A DNA stretch of 64,000 nucleotides, taken from the NCBI GenBank assembly GCA_031962025.1, contig JAVRKW010000005.1. One strand, 5' to 3'. Below the pieces are notes generated by a model. The model saw only the letters and a list, made by a program, of their open reading frames with translations. It was not told where the DNA came from and ran no database searches. This DNA comes from Pseudothermotoga sp. (lineage in GTDB: Bacteria > Thermotogota > Thermotogae > Thermotogales > DSM-5069). Below, piece after piece: positions 1 through 9,658 of the stretch. Made by a program: the position numbers and the translations under genes. Position 1 is the first letter of the stretch, and each line of letters begins with the position of its first letter.

Positions 1-63
1 AAAAGGATCTGTACCAGTTGTTTCTGTGTCCATCACACAGAATAGTTTATCCTGTAGGCTCAA
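1..63 (-). CDS. 5' fragment of DEDDh 3'-5' exonuclease (DNA pol III epsilon-like), runs off window
   Basis: TTG at 63 after AAAGGAAG; reads MSLQDKLFCVMDTETTGTDPF with ExoI motif DTETTG. Confidence 0.8.
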   Translation of the reverse strand, partial: MSLQDKLFCVMDTETTGTDPF

Positions 64-65
64 GA

Positions 66-845
66 TTATCTTCCTTTCACATGTACGTCGATTTGTGGGA
101 ATGGAATAGTTATTTTCTGCGCATCGAATTGTTCTTTTATTCTTTTCGAAAGTGCATTGATGGCGTCAAAGTAATTTTCCCTTCTGACCCAAAAGAGCAC
201 TTCAAAATCAATTGAGGAACTACCAAATCCACTGAATACTATTGAATTACTGACATTTTGTTTTTCGACAAGTGGTTCTTCGTCAATGCATTTTTTGAGT
301 ATTTCAAGTACTTTTGACAGATCTGAATTGTATGATACAGAGACTTTCATGGATAACCTTCTGACCGGTCCTGGCCAGTAGTTTATCACCTTCTGATTCC
401 AGACCTGCTTGTTTGGTATGACAACATTTTTTCCATCAAAGGTTCTTAAAATCGTATGATTGTAATTGACTATCTCGACAGTTCCAACCGTGCCATCGAT
501 TTCAATGACATCTCCTTCTCTCAACTTTCCTGTAAGGAGTACCAGGATACCAGACATGAGATTTGACAACGGTTCCTGAAAAGCCAAACCCACTATGAAA
601 CCACTCACGCCAAAAGCCGTCAAGTATGGTATCAAACTTATTCGCCAGATATTCAAAAAAACCATCAAGCTGATCAATGATATGATCGTTCCAATCAAAA
701 GTTTGGCGGTATTCTTCATTTTGAATTCTTTACCGAGTCTTTCCATACTTTTGATTATTAGTCTGCACAGCAAGCGATAAATGGTGTAGCTAACCGCGAC
801 CAGTACTATTGATTGAATGATTTGCAAAAAAAGTTGTTTGGACAC
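66..845 (-). CDS. mscS: Small-conductance mechanosensitive channel (MscS family)
   Basis: N-terminal TM helices, GLAFQEPLSNLMSG, GDVIEIDGTVGTV, C-terminal IPFPQ. Confidence 0.92.
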   Translation of the reverse strand: MSKQLFLQIIQSIVLVAVSYTIYRLLCRLIIKSMERLGKEFKMKNTAKLLIGTIISLISLMVFLNIWRISLIPYLTAFGVSGFIVGLAFQEPLSNLMSGILVLLTGKLREGDVIEIDGTVGTVEIVNYNHTILRTFDGKNVVIPNKQVWNQKVINYWPGPVRRLSMKVSVSYNSDLSKVLEILKKCIDEEPLVEKQNVSNSIVFSGFGSSSIDFEVLFWVRRENYFDAINALSKRIKEQFDAQKITIPFPQIDVHVKGR

Positions 846-904
846 TTAAAACCACTCCCTGTATTCAATTGTACTACATATCACATCTGATCACAATTTT
901 GCGT

Positions 905-910
905 TATAAT
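905..910 (+). promoter_or_regulatory. Putative sigmaA -10 element for kinase-rbfA operon
   Basis: TATAAT 45 nt upstream of ATG 955; SD AAGGAGG precedes the start. Confidence 0.5.
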
Positions 911-954
911 AGCAGTTGAGGCTCATTATCATACAAGGAGGATGAACAACCCGC

Positions 955-2421
955 ATGGCGCTTCAGATATCCTCAAATAGAATTTACACGTTCATTTCAA
1001 GCTTCATAAGAGAATCGAGCAATGCGAAGGACCCGGAATCGCTTCTTCTTTCTCTCATAAGAATCGTTCAGAAATTCATCAACTGCCAGTGGGTTGCCGT
1101 ACTGGACAAAGGCTTAAAACTGAGAAAGTCAGATGTGAACGGTATATCGATCGAGCAGGATTTACTCGATATGATCAAATGGTCTATTGAGAAAATGTCG
1201 CCGACTTCTTTTATAAAAGATCAATCGACTATTCTGATATTCCCACTGATGAAGACCGACAGGGTTTTGGGTGTTCTGATCATAGCAGCGAGTGAAGAGC
1301 CGGTTTTCGAGATATTCGAGCTTATTCGCACTCTTGCCTTTCTTTCAGCTGTGGTACTTGAAAATCTCGATCTGTACAAGTCACTCGAAAAACAGCATCA
1401 GATCGTAGAGGAGACCATGAACTATATGCAGCAGATATTCAATTCCTTTCCACAGATGATTGTCGTTTTCAACTCACAGCTAAATCCTGTCTTTTCAAAT
1501 ATCCAGTACCTGGAACGTGAACAGGATTTGAAACTGACTGAGGCGATCAAAAAAATTGCAAATAATGTGCTGACAACGGGTTCTCGGCAGGTGAGCGAGG
1601 TAGAGTCTCACGGAGCTTTTTATTCAATAATAGCGGAAAAAATCGAATACGAAGGTGAAGCACAGGTATTGATATCCATAACAGATGTGACAAACACCAA
1701 AGAACTGGAAAAACTCAAAGCGATCGACAAGCTCAAAACGGATTTTGTTGCGAGTGTTTCTCATGAACTCAGGACACCGCTTGCAGCAATTAAAGCTTAT
1801 TCGGAAACTATACTTTCGAGTTTGAATGATCTTGACAAAGACACTCTAAATGACTTTATCCAGGTTGTGTACAAAGAGAGTCTCCATTTAGAGAGCTTGC
1901 TGGACGAACTGCTTGACTTTGCGAAGATTGAACAAAAAGCCATGACCCTTGAAAAGACGAAATTTGATTTAACAGAGCTCATTAAAGAGGTTGTACAGTC
2001 AATGATGGAATTTGCGAAGGGCAAAAATGTGAGGCTTGAATGTGATGTAAATGAACCTATTTTCATATCAGCGGACAAGAAAAGAATCAGACAGGTACTG
2101 ATAAATCTTGTGAGCAACGGTGTGAAGTACAGCAAAGAAAACTCAAATGATAAGTTCGTGAATATCTCAGCAAAAAACAACGGAAAATTTGTTTTGATAT
2201 CTGTCCGTGACAACGGAATAGGTATACCAGAGGAATATCAGCAAAAAGTCTTTGAGAAATTCTTCAGGGTTGGTTCTGCACTCGATTATAGAACGGAAGG
2301 CGCTGGAATAGGTCTGACCATAACAAAAGAAATTGTTGAACTGCACGGGGGTAAGATCTGGTTAGAGAGCAAAGTTAACCAAGGAAGTACATTCTATGTC
2401 CAACTGCCAGCAGGAGAGTGA
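955..2421 (+). CDS. Sensor histidine kinase (GAF/PAS-like + HisKA + HATPase), HK853-like
   Basis: H-box SHELRTPL, N-box NLVSNGVKYS, DNGIG, GAGIGL; C-terminal half resembles T. maritima HK853 as recalled. Confidence 0.93.
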   Translation: MALQISSNRIYTFISSFIRESSNAKDPESLLLSLIRIVQKFINCQWVAVLDKGLKLRKSDVNGISIEQDLLDMIKWSIEKMSPTSFIKDQSTILIFPLMKTDRVLGVLIIAASEEPVFEIFELIRTLAFLSAVVLENLDLYKSLEKQHQIVEETMNYMQQIFNSFPQMIVVFNSQLNPVFSNIQYLEREQDLKLTEAIKKIANNVLTTGSRQVSEVESHGAFYSIIAEKIEYEGEAQVLISITDVTNTKELEKLKAIDKLKTDFVASVSHELRTPLAAIKAYSETILSSLNDLDKDTLNDFIQVVYKESLHLESLLDELLDFAKIEQKAMTLEKTKFDLTELIKEVVQSMMEFAKGKNVRLECDVNEPIFISADKKRIRQVLINLVSNGVKYSKENSNDKFVNISAKNNGKFVLISVRDNGIGIPEEYQQKVFEKFFRVGSALDYRTEGAGIGLTITKEIVELHGGKIWLESKVNQGSTFYVQLPAGE

Positions 2422-2424
2422 AGT

Positions 2425-3288
2425 ATGGAGTTACAGGATATTTTGATAAAGATAGATGAACTTCCAACACCTGATCCAATTGTTCAAAAGATCGTATCTG
2501 TTGCATCGGATCCCGATGCATCTGCAAAAGAACTTGCAGATGTCATCAGGCTGGATGCGAGTTTATCTGTTCGCATATTGAGGCTTGTAAATTCAGCCTA
2601 TTATGGTCTTCCGCGCAAAATAGTGGCACTGAACGAAGCTATAATGATCCTTGGTTTTAAAACTGTGAGAAACATAGCTTTGAGTATTTTCACGTACAGT
2701 TCTGTTTTGAAAAACAAAAAAACGTCTGGTATTGATCATTACCAACTGTGGAAACATTTTCTGGGTACAGCGGTTGGTTGTGAACTGCTCGCTCAGATGG
2801 TGGGATATCCCAACAAGGAAGAGTTGTTTATATCTGGATTGCTGCACGATATAGGAAAAGTAGCACTCGATTACATATTCCCTGAGGCTTTCAGCGCCGT
2901 TACAAAGCTCACAAAAAACCTGCAAATCTCTTTTTTGCAAGCAGAAGACAGGTTGAACCTACCAAATCACGCCATTGTGAGTGGAAAGATGATAGAAAGG
3001 TGGAATCTTCCTGAGATTGTCGTTCACTCTGCAAGTGGCCATCATGCACCAAACAATTTTTCAGAATCAGTTTATTCAGACGTGGTGGCTATCGTTCACA
3101 TAGTCGATTTTCTTGTAAACTTAATGAGGTATGGTGATTCTTACACATACGGCGGTCTGACCTTATCATCTTTTGCTTTGAATGTGCTTGGTATAAAACC
3201 GAGTTTTTTGAAAAACCTTGCAGACAAATTGAAGATTCGTCTTGCGGAGGCTGAAGATTTCTTGAAAATAGAACAGGAGGTGTCTTAA
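2425..3288 (+). CDS. HDOD domain protein
   Basis: LPTPDP, ILRLVNSAYYG, LWKH, GLLHDIGK, WNLP. Confidence 0.92.
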   Translation: MELQDILIKIDELPTPDPIVQKIVSVASDPDASAKELADVIRLDASLSVRILRLVNSAYYGLPRKIVALNEAIMILGFKTVRNIALSIFTYSSVLKNKKTSGIDHYQLWKHFLGTAVGCELLAQMVGYPNKEELFISGLLHDIGKVALDYIFPEAFSAVTKLTKNLQISFLQAEDRLNLPNHAIVSGKMIERWNLPEIVVHSASGHHAPNNFSESVYSDVVAIVHIVDFLVNLMRYGDSYTYGGLTLSSFALNVLGIKPSFLKNLADKLKIRLAEAEDFLKIEQEVS

Positions 3289-3648
3289 ATGAGACCTGAT
3301 TACAGAAAAGCCATGATTGAATCTGAGATCACAAAATTAATTACCGAGGCATTGCGTGAGGCAAAAGATCCAAGATTGAAAGATCTATTGATAACTATTT
3401 CTCGTTCGGAACTTTCAAATGACAAAAGATTTGTCGATATCTACGTGAGCGTCATGGGAGATAGAGAAGAGAGAGCCAGAATCGTTGAGTATTTGAACAA
3501 GATCAAGGGATATTTCAGAACATATCTGGCTAACAACTTGGATCTTTACACAGCACCACAGGTGAGGTTCAAAGAGGATCCAGGAATAGAAGCGAGTGTG
3601 AGAATACAGGAACTTCTCGATAAGATCAAGGAGGAAAAAGATCGGTGA
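3289..3648 (+). CDS. rbfA: 30S ribosome-binding factor A
   Basis: KDPRL..TISRSELSND, APQVRFKED; directly upstream of truB. Confidence 0.93.
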   Translation: MRPDYRKAMIESEITKLITEALREAKDPRLKDLLITISRSELSNDKRFVDIYVSVMGDREERARIVEYLNKIKGYFRTYLANNLDLYTAPQVRFKEDPGIEASVRIQELLDKIKEEKDR

Positions 3649-4571
3649 GCAAATCAGGAGTTCTGCTGGTTGATAAACCAGAAGGACCAACTTCACACGA
3701 TGTCGTCAATCAACTCAGGAAAATACTGAAGATGAGAAGGATCGGGCACGCAGGAACTCTCGATCCTTTTGCGAGTGGATTGTTGATATTGGGGATCGGT
3801 AATGGGACCAGAATCCTTGAATATTTGATGAATCACAACAAAGTCTATCAGGTCAAAATGCGACTTGGTATCATCACAGATACCTTTGATATCACCGGAA
3901 AAGTCGTGGAACAAAGACCTGTTAACTGCTCAACAGATCAGATACTGGCAGCACTTAAATCTTTTATCGGAACGTATACTCAGATTCCTCCAGCCTATTC
4001 TGCCAGGAAATACAAAGGCGAGAAACTTTATGAACTTGCAAGACAGGGCAAAATAATAAGACTGCCGCCAAAGCAGGTAACTGTGTACAGAATAGAAGAT
4101 ATCGTGATCGATAAAAACGACATCTTTTTCACAACTGAAGTCAGCGCCGGCACGTATATACGTTCACTGTGCATGGACATAGGTTATTTGCTGGGTTGTG
4201 GTGCGACAACGCTGAAACTCAGAAGAGTTTCTATAGGTCCGTTCAAAGTCGATGAAGCTATTGATATCTTCAAAGTCGATCAATCAGAGATACTCGATCA
4301 TTTGCTGAACCTGTCAGATGTACTCAGTATGCCCAAGGTTCGTGTGAAAGAGTGCGGCTATGAAAAAATACTCAACGGTAATGCACTGAGAGTGAATGAT
4401 GTGGAAGAATTCGAAGAATTCCCCAAGAATTGTTTGGTACAGATAATATACAAAAATCAGCTCATCAGTATAGCGAAATCTGAACGCGCTTCGACATTTG
4501 TAAGAACTCTGATTGAACAGAATCGAAATGAACCGCTGTTCAAACCAATAAAGGTCCTGAAGGAGAATTGA
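3645..4571 (+). CDS. truB: tRNA pseudouridine(55) synthase
   Basis: DKPEGPTSHD, GHAGTLDPFASG, GTYIRSL. Confidence 0.97.
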   Translation: MSKSGVLLVDKPEGPTSHDVVNQLRKILKMRRIGHAGTLDPFASGLLILGIGNGTRILEYLMNHNKVYQVKMRLGIITDTFDITGKVVEQRPVNCSTDQILAALKSFIGTYTQIPPAYSARKYKGEKLYELARQGKIIRLPPKQVTVYRIEDIVIDKNDIFFTTEVSAGTYIRSLCMDIGYLLGCGATTLKLRRVSIGPFKVDEAIDIFKVDQSEILDHLLNLSDVLSMPKVRVKECGYEKILNGNALRVNDVEEFEEFPKNCLVQIIYKNQLISIAKSERASTFVRTLIEQNRNEPLFKPIKVLKEN

Positions 4572-5317
4572 GAATGACAAAATACGTGATGACAATAGGT
4601 GTATTTGACGGTGTTCACATGGGACATCAGCAATTACTCAACACCGTCAAGCAAAATTCGGTGAAATACGGATACAAAAGCAAAGCTTATGTCATTTCCT
4701 ATCCTTTTGAATACTTTTCCGATGATTTTGACGGTCTCATCATGCCTTTAACTGCAAGGGTTCTGCAGATATCCAAATTCGTCGACGAAGTTGAAGTACT
4801 CGATCTTCTTGAGATTAAAGACATGACTGCAGAGGAGTTTTTCGACAGATACATAGTCCAAGATTGTTCTTTTTTAATCGTGGGAGAAGATTTCAGATTC
4901 GGAAAAGGCGCATCAGCGGATGTTGCAAGATTAAAGCAAATGTGTGACATAAATGCGATCAATTTTGAAGTTTTTCCACAAGTACTCGATTCGAAAAATA
5001 GAAGGATAAGTAGTTCTTTGATAAGAAAGCTCATCAAAAACGGTGATTTACTGGAAGCTTCAAAACTTCTGGGTAGGGATTTTTCGATCTATGGATTTAC
5101 TCAAGAAACAGCCGAAAGAGTTGTTTTTGTAAACATCGACGATAGGATCGTCAGACCAGCCAAGGGAGTTTTTCAAGCGTTTGAAAAAAATTTCAAGATG
5201 AACGGTATTGTGAGATTCAATGACAGGATTGCCTTTGTCTGTGAAAATTTTCGTGCTGCTTCTCATACCGCACTGGAGATAGTCTTGTCTGAAAGGCAAG
5301 AGGGGGATGAAAGATGA
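4568..5317 (+). CDS. ribF: FAD synthetase (FMN adenylyltransferase domain); riboflavin kinase domain degenerate
   Basis: GVFDGVHMGH, GEDFRFG, RISSSLIR present; kinase GFPTAN motif absent; 249 aa. Confidence 0.75.
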   Translation: MRMTKYVMTIGVFDGVHMGHQQLLNTVKQNSVKYGYKSKAYVISYPFEYFSDDFDGLIMPLTARVLQISKFVDEVEVLDLLEIKDMTAEEFFDRYIVQDCSFLIVGEDFRFGKGASADVARLKQMCDINAINFEVFPQVLDSKNRRISSSLIRKLIKNGDLLEASKLLGRDFSIYGFTQETAERVVFVNIDDRIVRPAKGVFQAFEKNFKMNGIVRFNDRIAFVCENFRAASHTALEIVLSERQEGDER

Positions 5318-7188
5318 GAGTTGGTGTTGTAACTGGCACAAATAGTTCGAGCCCTTACAATTTCTTTGTCAGGCTTTATCAGGAGAATAACCGTCCCGTA
5401 CACATGCTGCAGATAGACGATATAGTGAAGGTCGTTTTTTCGTACAAACCATACGGTGAAATAATCTATTATGGTGTAGTGACGGAAATAAATGCTCGAT
5501 GGGATTTTGGACTTGTTTCAGGATATGAAGAAGAGATAGCACTTAAAGGTTTGTTACCGGCCTTTCCCATATACATTGCCACGGTGACAACGACACGCAT
5601 GCTTCGCGTTGAAAAAGGTAAGATGACCTCAGACGCTCCGCAGGTTCCACCACCACCGGGTACAGAGGTCATGATAGCCGAAGGTGATGAAACCAACATC
5701 GCTCTTGGATTTGACGAGTTGATCAAACAGAATGTGGCTGTGCCGATAGGTACTTTCAGAAACGGGAGACCAGCTTATGCGGATGTGAGATATATACTTG
5801 GAGAAAACGGTGCGCACATAAATATTTCAGGTCAGTCCGGTGTGGCTTCAAAAACTTCCTATGCAACCTTCCTGGTCAGGTCATTTCTTGATACGGGCAG
5901 GAAGTTGAAAGATAAAAATGAACTCATGGGATATTTGTCACGCTCAAGGTTCATCATTTTCAACGTCAAAGGTGAAGGATTGCTCTTTTTAGACAGGTGG
6001 TCTAAGGACTGGAAAAACCTCGAAAAAGAAGAGCAGGGAAGGCACTGGAAGAAAATGTACGAGTCAATGGGTATTCGACCAGAGCCTTTTGAAAAAGTAT
6101 CATTTTATGCACCAAGAAGATCGAAAAAAAGCACAGCGCCGTGGTCAAACAAAAGATATGATAATGTCTTTTCATACGGCTGGGACTGCATAGATATCTT
6201 TAAAATGGGACTTTTTGAGCTCATGTTCGATCCTGAAGAACTTGAGGTCAATCAAAATCTTCAGTTGGCAGTAACCACTGTGCAGGAATTTTTCTACGAA
6301 AGGTTTGAAAAAGCCGTTGAAGTGGCTGCTAAATTCTGTGAAAAGAATTCCTGTCTTCCTTCTACAAATGATGGTGAGATAATACTCAGAACCGCAATTG
6401 CAAATGGTTTTGATATCAAGGTACAGGCTGGTCTTCCTGAACAGATAGATGACTTAATAAAAATGTTTTCATCGGATGAAGAATTTTCAAAAAAAATCGA
6501 AGAGGAATTGAGAGGAAAATCCACTGTTATGGCAATGCTGAGAAGATTGAAATCCGTTAAAAACATCGGTATGGACCTGATCTGGATTCCGACGAGTTTT
6601 CTATCGGCGAAAACCGGTATCAGTGAACAGCATAAAATAAACTGGGATCATCCCGGTCAGATCACCGTGATTGATATTTCAAAACTCAGACCAAGGATTC
6701 AATCTTTCGTCGTTGGTGCTGTACTCGTTGAAGTGATGCGCTCTCGTGAGGAAAAAACTGATCAGGATCCTGTTTTCATATTCCTCGATGAACTGAACAA
6801 ATACGCTCCAAGACACGGTGGAGGACCGCTTGGAAATCTGTTCAGAGATATAGCAGAACGCGGTCGATCTTTCAGGGTGATAATGATTGGTGCGGAACAA
6901 ACCGCTTCCGAAGTTGATTACAGAATAATAACTCAATCATCGACGACCGTTGTTGGAAGACAAAAGGGTGCAGAACTGGAAAAACCCGAATATTCGCATT
7001 TGACTGCCGAACAAAAAGAACGCGCGGCTTTGTTGCAGCAGGGAGAAGTAATCGTCGACCAGCCGTTCATGAGAATACCGATAACCGTCAGTTTTCCTCT
7101 ACCAGCCTGGTGTACAAGAGAAGATGGGTACTATACTTTTGACGAAGAAAAAACAAAGCAGATAGAAGATAGACTTTATGGTCGGTAA
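5314..7188 (+). CDS. HerA/FtsK-like ATPase
   Basis: HINISGQSGVASKTS Walker A variant, FIFLDELNKYAP Walker B, ERGRS arginine finger. Confidence 0.85.
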   Translation: MRVGVVTGTNSSSPYNFFVRLYQENNRPVHMLQIDDIVKVVFSYKPYGEIIYYGVVTEINARWDFGLVSGYEEEIALKGLLPAFPIYIATVTTTRMLRVEKGKMTSDAPQVPPPPGTEVMIAEGDETNIALGFDELIKQNVAVPIGTFRNGRPAYADVRYILGENGAHINISGQSGVASKTSYATFLVRSFLDTGRKLKDKNELMGYLSRSRFIIFNVKGEGLLFLDRWSKDWKNLEKEEQGRHWKKMYESMGIRPEPFEKVSFYAPRRSKKSTAPWSNKRYDNVFSYGWDCIDIFKMGLFELMFDPEELEVNQNLQLAVTTVQEFFYERFEKAVEVAAKFCEKNSCLPSTNDGEIILRTAIANGFDIKVQAGLPEQIDDLIKMFSSDEEFSKKIEEELRGKSTVMAMLRRLKSVKNIGMDLIWIPTSFLSAKTGISEQHKINWDHPGQITVIDISKLRPRIQSFVVGAVLVEVMRSREEKTDQDPVFIFLDELNKYAPRHGGGPLGNLFRDIAERGRSFRVIMIGAEQTASEVDYRIITQSSTTVVGRQKGAELEKPEYSHLTAEQKERAALLQQGEVIVDQPFMRIPITVSFPLPAWCTREDGYYTFDEEKTKQIEDRLYGR

Positions 7189-7723
7189 AAAGATGCAATT
7201 GGTAATGGGATCTACGAGCATTCAGGTCCTGATATATTTAATTGTTTCCCTGATATTCATCTCTATAGCGGCTGTTATTTTGGAAACTGTCATAACACAC
7301 GCCAGAACGACCGTTGAAAGAATAGACAAGGAAATAGATTTTTTCATGGCTATTGATTTTGTCAGAAGAGACTTCTGGTTTCATTCAATTTCAATCGGTA
7401 CTGTCTCCAAAGATGGTACCGCATTTACTTTCAAAGAAAAGATAGGTCAAGTTGAGAAAAAGGTGAGCTATATCGTGGAAAAAACTGGTGATCTGTATCA
7501 GCTCAAAAGGGTTGCCAACGATGGGGTCAATGTCATCTACAAATCAAAAAATGCCATATTTTTTTCTGAGCCGGTTCAAAATATATGGGCAATACATCTT
7601 GAAGGTTTTCAGTTCGAGATGGTCAATGCCACTCCAACAGAACTGATGAGTAAACTCTACGGCAATCAGGTGAGAACGCCGGATTTTCTTCTTCCCAAAT
7701 TGATCGAGGTGAAAGACAAATGA
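7178..7723 (+). CDS. Hypothetical protein with pilin-like N-terminal TM helix (possible minor pilin)
   Basis: MG|STSIQVLIYLIVSLIFISIAAVIL resembles a degenerate prepilin N-terminus. Confidence 0.5.
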   Translation: MVGKKMQLVMGSTSIQVLIYLIVSLIFISIAAVILETVITHARTTVERIDKEIDFFMAIDFVRRDFWFHSISIGTVSKDGTAFTFKEKIGQVEKKVSYIVEKTGDLYQLKRVANDGVNVIYKSKNAIFFSEPVQNIWAIHLEGFQFEMVNATPTELMSKLYGNQVRTPDFLLPKLIEVKDK

Positions 7724-7724
7724 A

Positions 7725-8720
7725 TTATTTTTCCTCTATCTTTGGTTTCTCGATCAACTTCACCTTTCTCTTGAATTCTTTTATGTTCATCTCTTTCAAT
7801 ATCAAACTTCCAAGAAAATATTGAAATGGTAACCAGGTAACATGTCCTGTGGGGATGATGTATCTTTTGGGTTTTCCAAGAGCGTTCCAGAGGATTTTTC
7901 TGGTTCTCAATGGTAGTGCTCTGTCAAATAAAGCTTCGATGAAGGTTATTCTTTCTGTTTGCACGAATTTTGCATAAGCGATGGGATCAACTTTCAATAT
8001 CGGGTGGATTGATGAATTTATCATATCCTGTATATTTTCAAAAGAATCGAGCCTTTTGATATCTTTTTCAAAGACTTCCAAAAACCAGTTCTTGTCGTTC
8101 ATCCTATATTCCCTGCCAAGTCCCTTGCTGATATCTCTTCGAAAATACGCAAGCGTTGGTGAGTACCACATCAACGTGGCTATGTCTCCTCCCGAAGTTA
8201 TGACGATCGTTTTGCGAAAATCATTCCTCAGTGCACTGAGAATCACCGAGATCATACCACCCAAACAGTAACCAACAAGACAGTTATTTTCATGCCACAA
8301 GCCTTTTTCCTCTGCGATACGAAGTGTGGTGAGCACATCGACAATGGCATGTTCCCAGAAATGAACCATTTTCTCTACGTCTGTGGAAAAGTATTCTCTA
8401 CCGCTAACCGAACCATCGGCAGTTCGTGTGAGATTACCCGGCAGGATGGGAAGAAAGACCCTGACACCGGCATTCGCTATGTGTATGCCCATCCACAACA
8501 AAAAAGGGATATTCATCGTTCCAAGTCCATGAAGAAGCATCAAAGAACCGACGGGGTTTTCTTTGGGCTCAACATGGTAAACCTCCACCGTCTCTGTACC
8601 AGGCAAGGGGTGTTCGTAGAGCGTTTGAAATTTGATCAGTGATACTCTAAAACTCTTTCCTTTCATTATATACCCACTTGAAATCTTAGGTGATCTGTAT
8701 TCAAAGTCAAAACTGACCAT
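7725..8720 (-). CDS. Alpha/beta hydrolase
   Basis: LLHGLG oxyanion motif, GYCLGG nucleophile elbow (Cys), downstream D and GH. Confidence 0.8.
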   Translation of the reverse strand: MVSFDFEYRSPKISSGYIMKGKSFRVSLIKFQTLYEHPLPGTETVEVYHVEPKENPVGSLMLLHGLGTMNIPFLLWMGIHIANAGVRVFLPILPGNLTRTADGSVSGREYFSTDVEKMVHFWEHAIVDVLTTLRIAEEKGLWHENNCLVGYCLGGMISVILSALRNDFRKTIVITSGGDIATLMWYSPTLAYFRRDISKGLGREYRMNDKNWFLEVFEKDIKRLDSFENIQDMINSSIHPILKVDPIAYAKFVQTERITFIEALFDRALPLRTRKILWNALGKPKRYIIPTGHVTWLPFQYFLGSLILKEMNIKEFKRKVKLIEKPKIEEK

Positions 8721-8725
8721 CGAAA

Positions 8726-9433
8726 TTACCCTTTCTTTTTAAAAGAGCACTTTCTTGCTATTTCGAACAGCACTATTCCAGCACTTACAGAAACATTCAA
8801 TGAATCTATCGACGAAAACATTGGTATACTGATCAATTGATCGCACCTTTCTTTGACAAGCCTGCTCAAACCCTCTCCTTCATTCCCAAAAACCACAGCA
8901 ACTGGCGGCACGAATTTTTCCTCAAAGAGATTCTTACCCTGCATATCTGCACCGTAAACCCAGTATCCGCGCTTTTGCAATTTTTCAATCGTGCTGACCA
9001 AATTAGTCACAACAACAATCGGTATTCGAAAAACTGTACCAGCAGAGACTTTTACAACGGCTGCTGTTACCTTGGCTGAGCGGTCTTTTGTGATCACAAC
9101 AGCACTCGCACCGGCACCAACGGATGTCCTGATGATTGCACCAAGATTGTGCGGATCAACAACGTGGTCGAGTAAAACTATCAGATCTCCATCAAGAGCA
9201 GTCTCATCGCTGTACTGAAAATCCAGATCTATCACAATACCCTGGTTTTTTTCTTCTCCGCAGAGTTTCTCCAGATGTTTCGATGTCGTGTATGTATATG
9301 GATAACCATTTTCCCTGAGCAACTGCTCGATGAGCCTGAATTTACCATCATCGCTGTCTTTAAGATAGACCTTCTTAACAGGATAATGTGTTCTTATTAT
9401 TTCATCCAAAACGCTTTTACCGTACACAATCAT
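8726..9433 (-). CDS. rlmB: 23S rRNA Gm2251 2'-O-methyltransferase (SpoU family)
   Basis: DPHNLGAIIR, GNEGEG, SLNVSVS; start moved to ATG 9433 (MIVYGK) behind SD GGAGGAGG. Confidence 0.92.
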   Translation of the reverse strand: MIVYGKSVLDEIIRTHYPVKKVYLKDSDDGKFRLIEQLLRENGYPYTYTTSKHLEKLCGEEKNQGIVIDLDFQYSDETALDGDLIVLLDHVVDPHNLGAIIRTSVGAGASAVVITKDRSAKVTAAVVKVSAGTVFRIPIVVVTNLVSTIEKLQKRGYWVYGADMQGKNLFEEKFVPPVAVVFGNEGEGLSRLVKERCDQLISIPMFSSIDSLNVSVSAGIVLFEIARKCSFKKKG

Positions 9434-9447
9434 TCTCTTGACCTCCT

Positions 9448-9658
9448 CCCAATCCCCTAAAGGGAATGGGATTCTTAGCAGCTCGTTCAGGCTGCCTTCC
9501 ATGGAGCAGTAGATGCTCCATGACCACGGAGGTGTGGGGTGAATCTCACACCTCTGGCGGGTGCCAAGCCCGCTACTACCTGGGAATTCCCAGGATATCC
9601 TGATGGTTTCTTCTGAAACAGTTCATGCCGAATCTACATAGTATGTTCTACTCTCCAT
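9448..9658 (-). ncRNA. Structured non-coding RNA, possibly 6S RNA
   Basis: GC-rich intergenic segment with hairpins 9500-9522, 9529-9554, 9557-9573, 9579-9594 and closing GATTC/GAATC (9470-9474/9630-9634); extended -10 TGcTACCAT on minus strand at 9664-9672. Confidence 0.55.

Noticed and set aside
9434..9502. N-terminal extension of rlmB from ATG 9502
   Set aside because: Lies inside the structured RNA; strong SD and typical MIVYG start at 9433
9448..9658. RNase P, tmRNA, SRP RNA or CRISPR array interpretation of the structured region
   Set aside because: Lacks GAGGAAAGTCC, tRNA-like ends and the GGAA/AGCAG SRP motif; the hairpins differ in sequence, so it is not a repeat-spacer array
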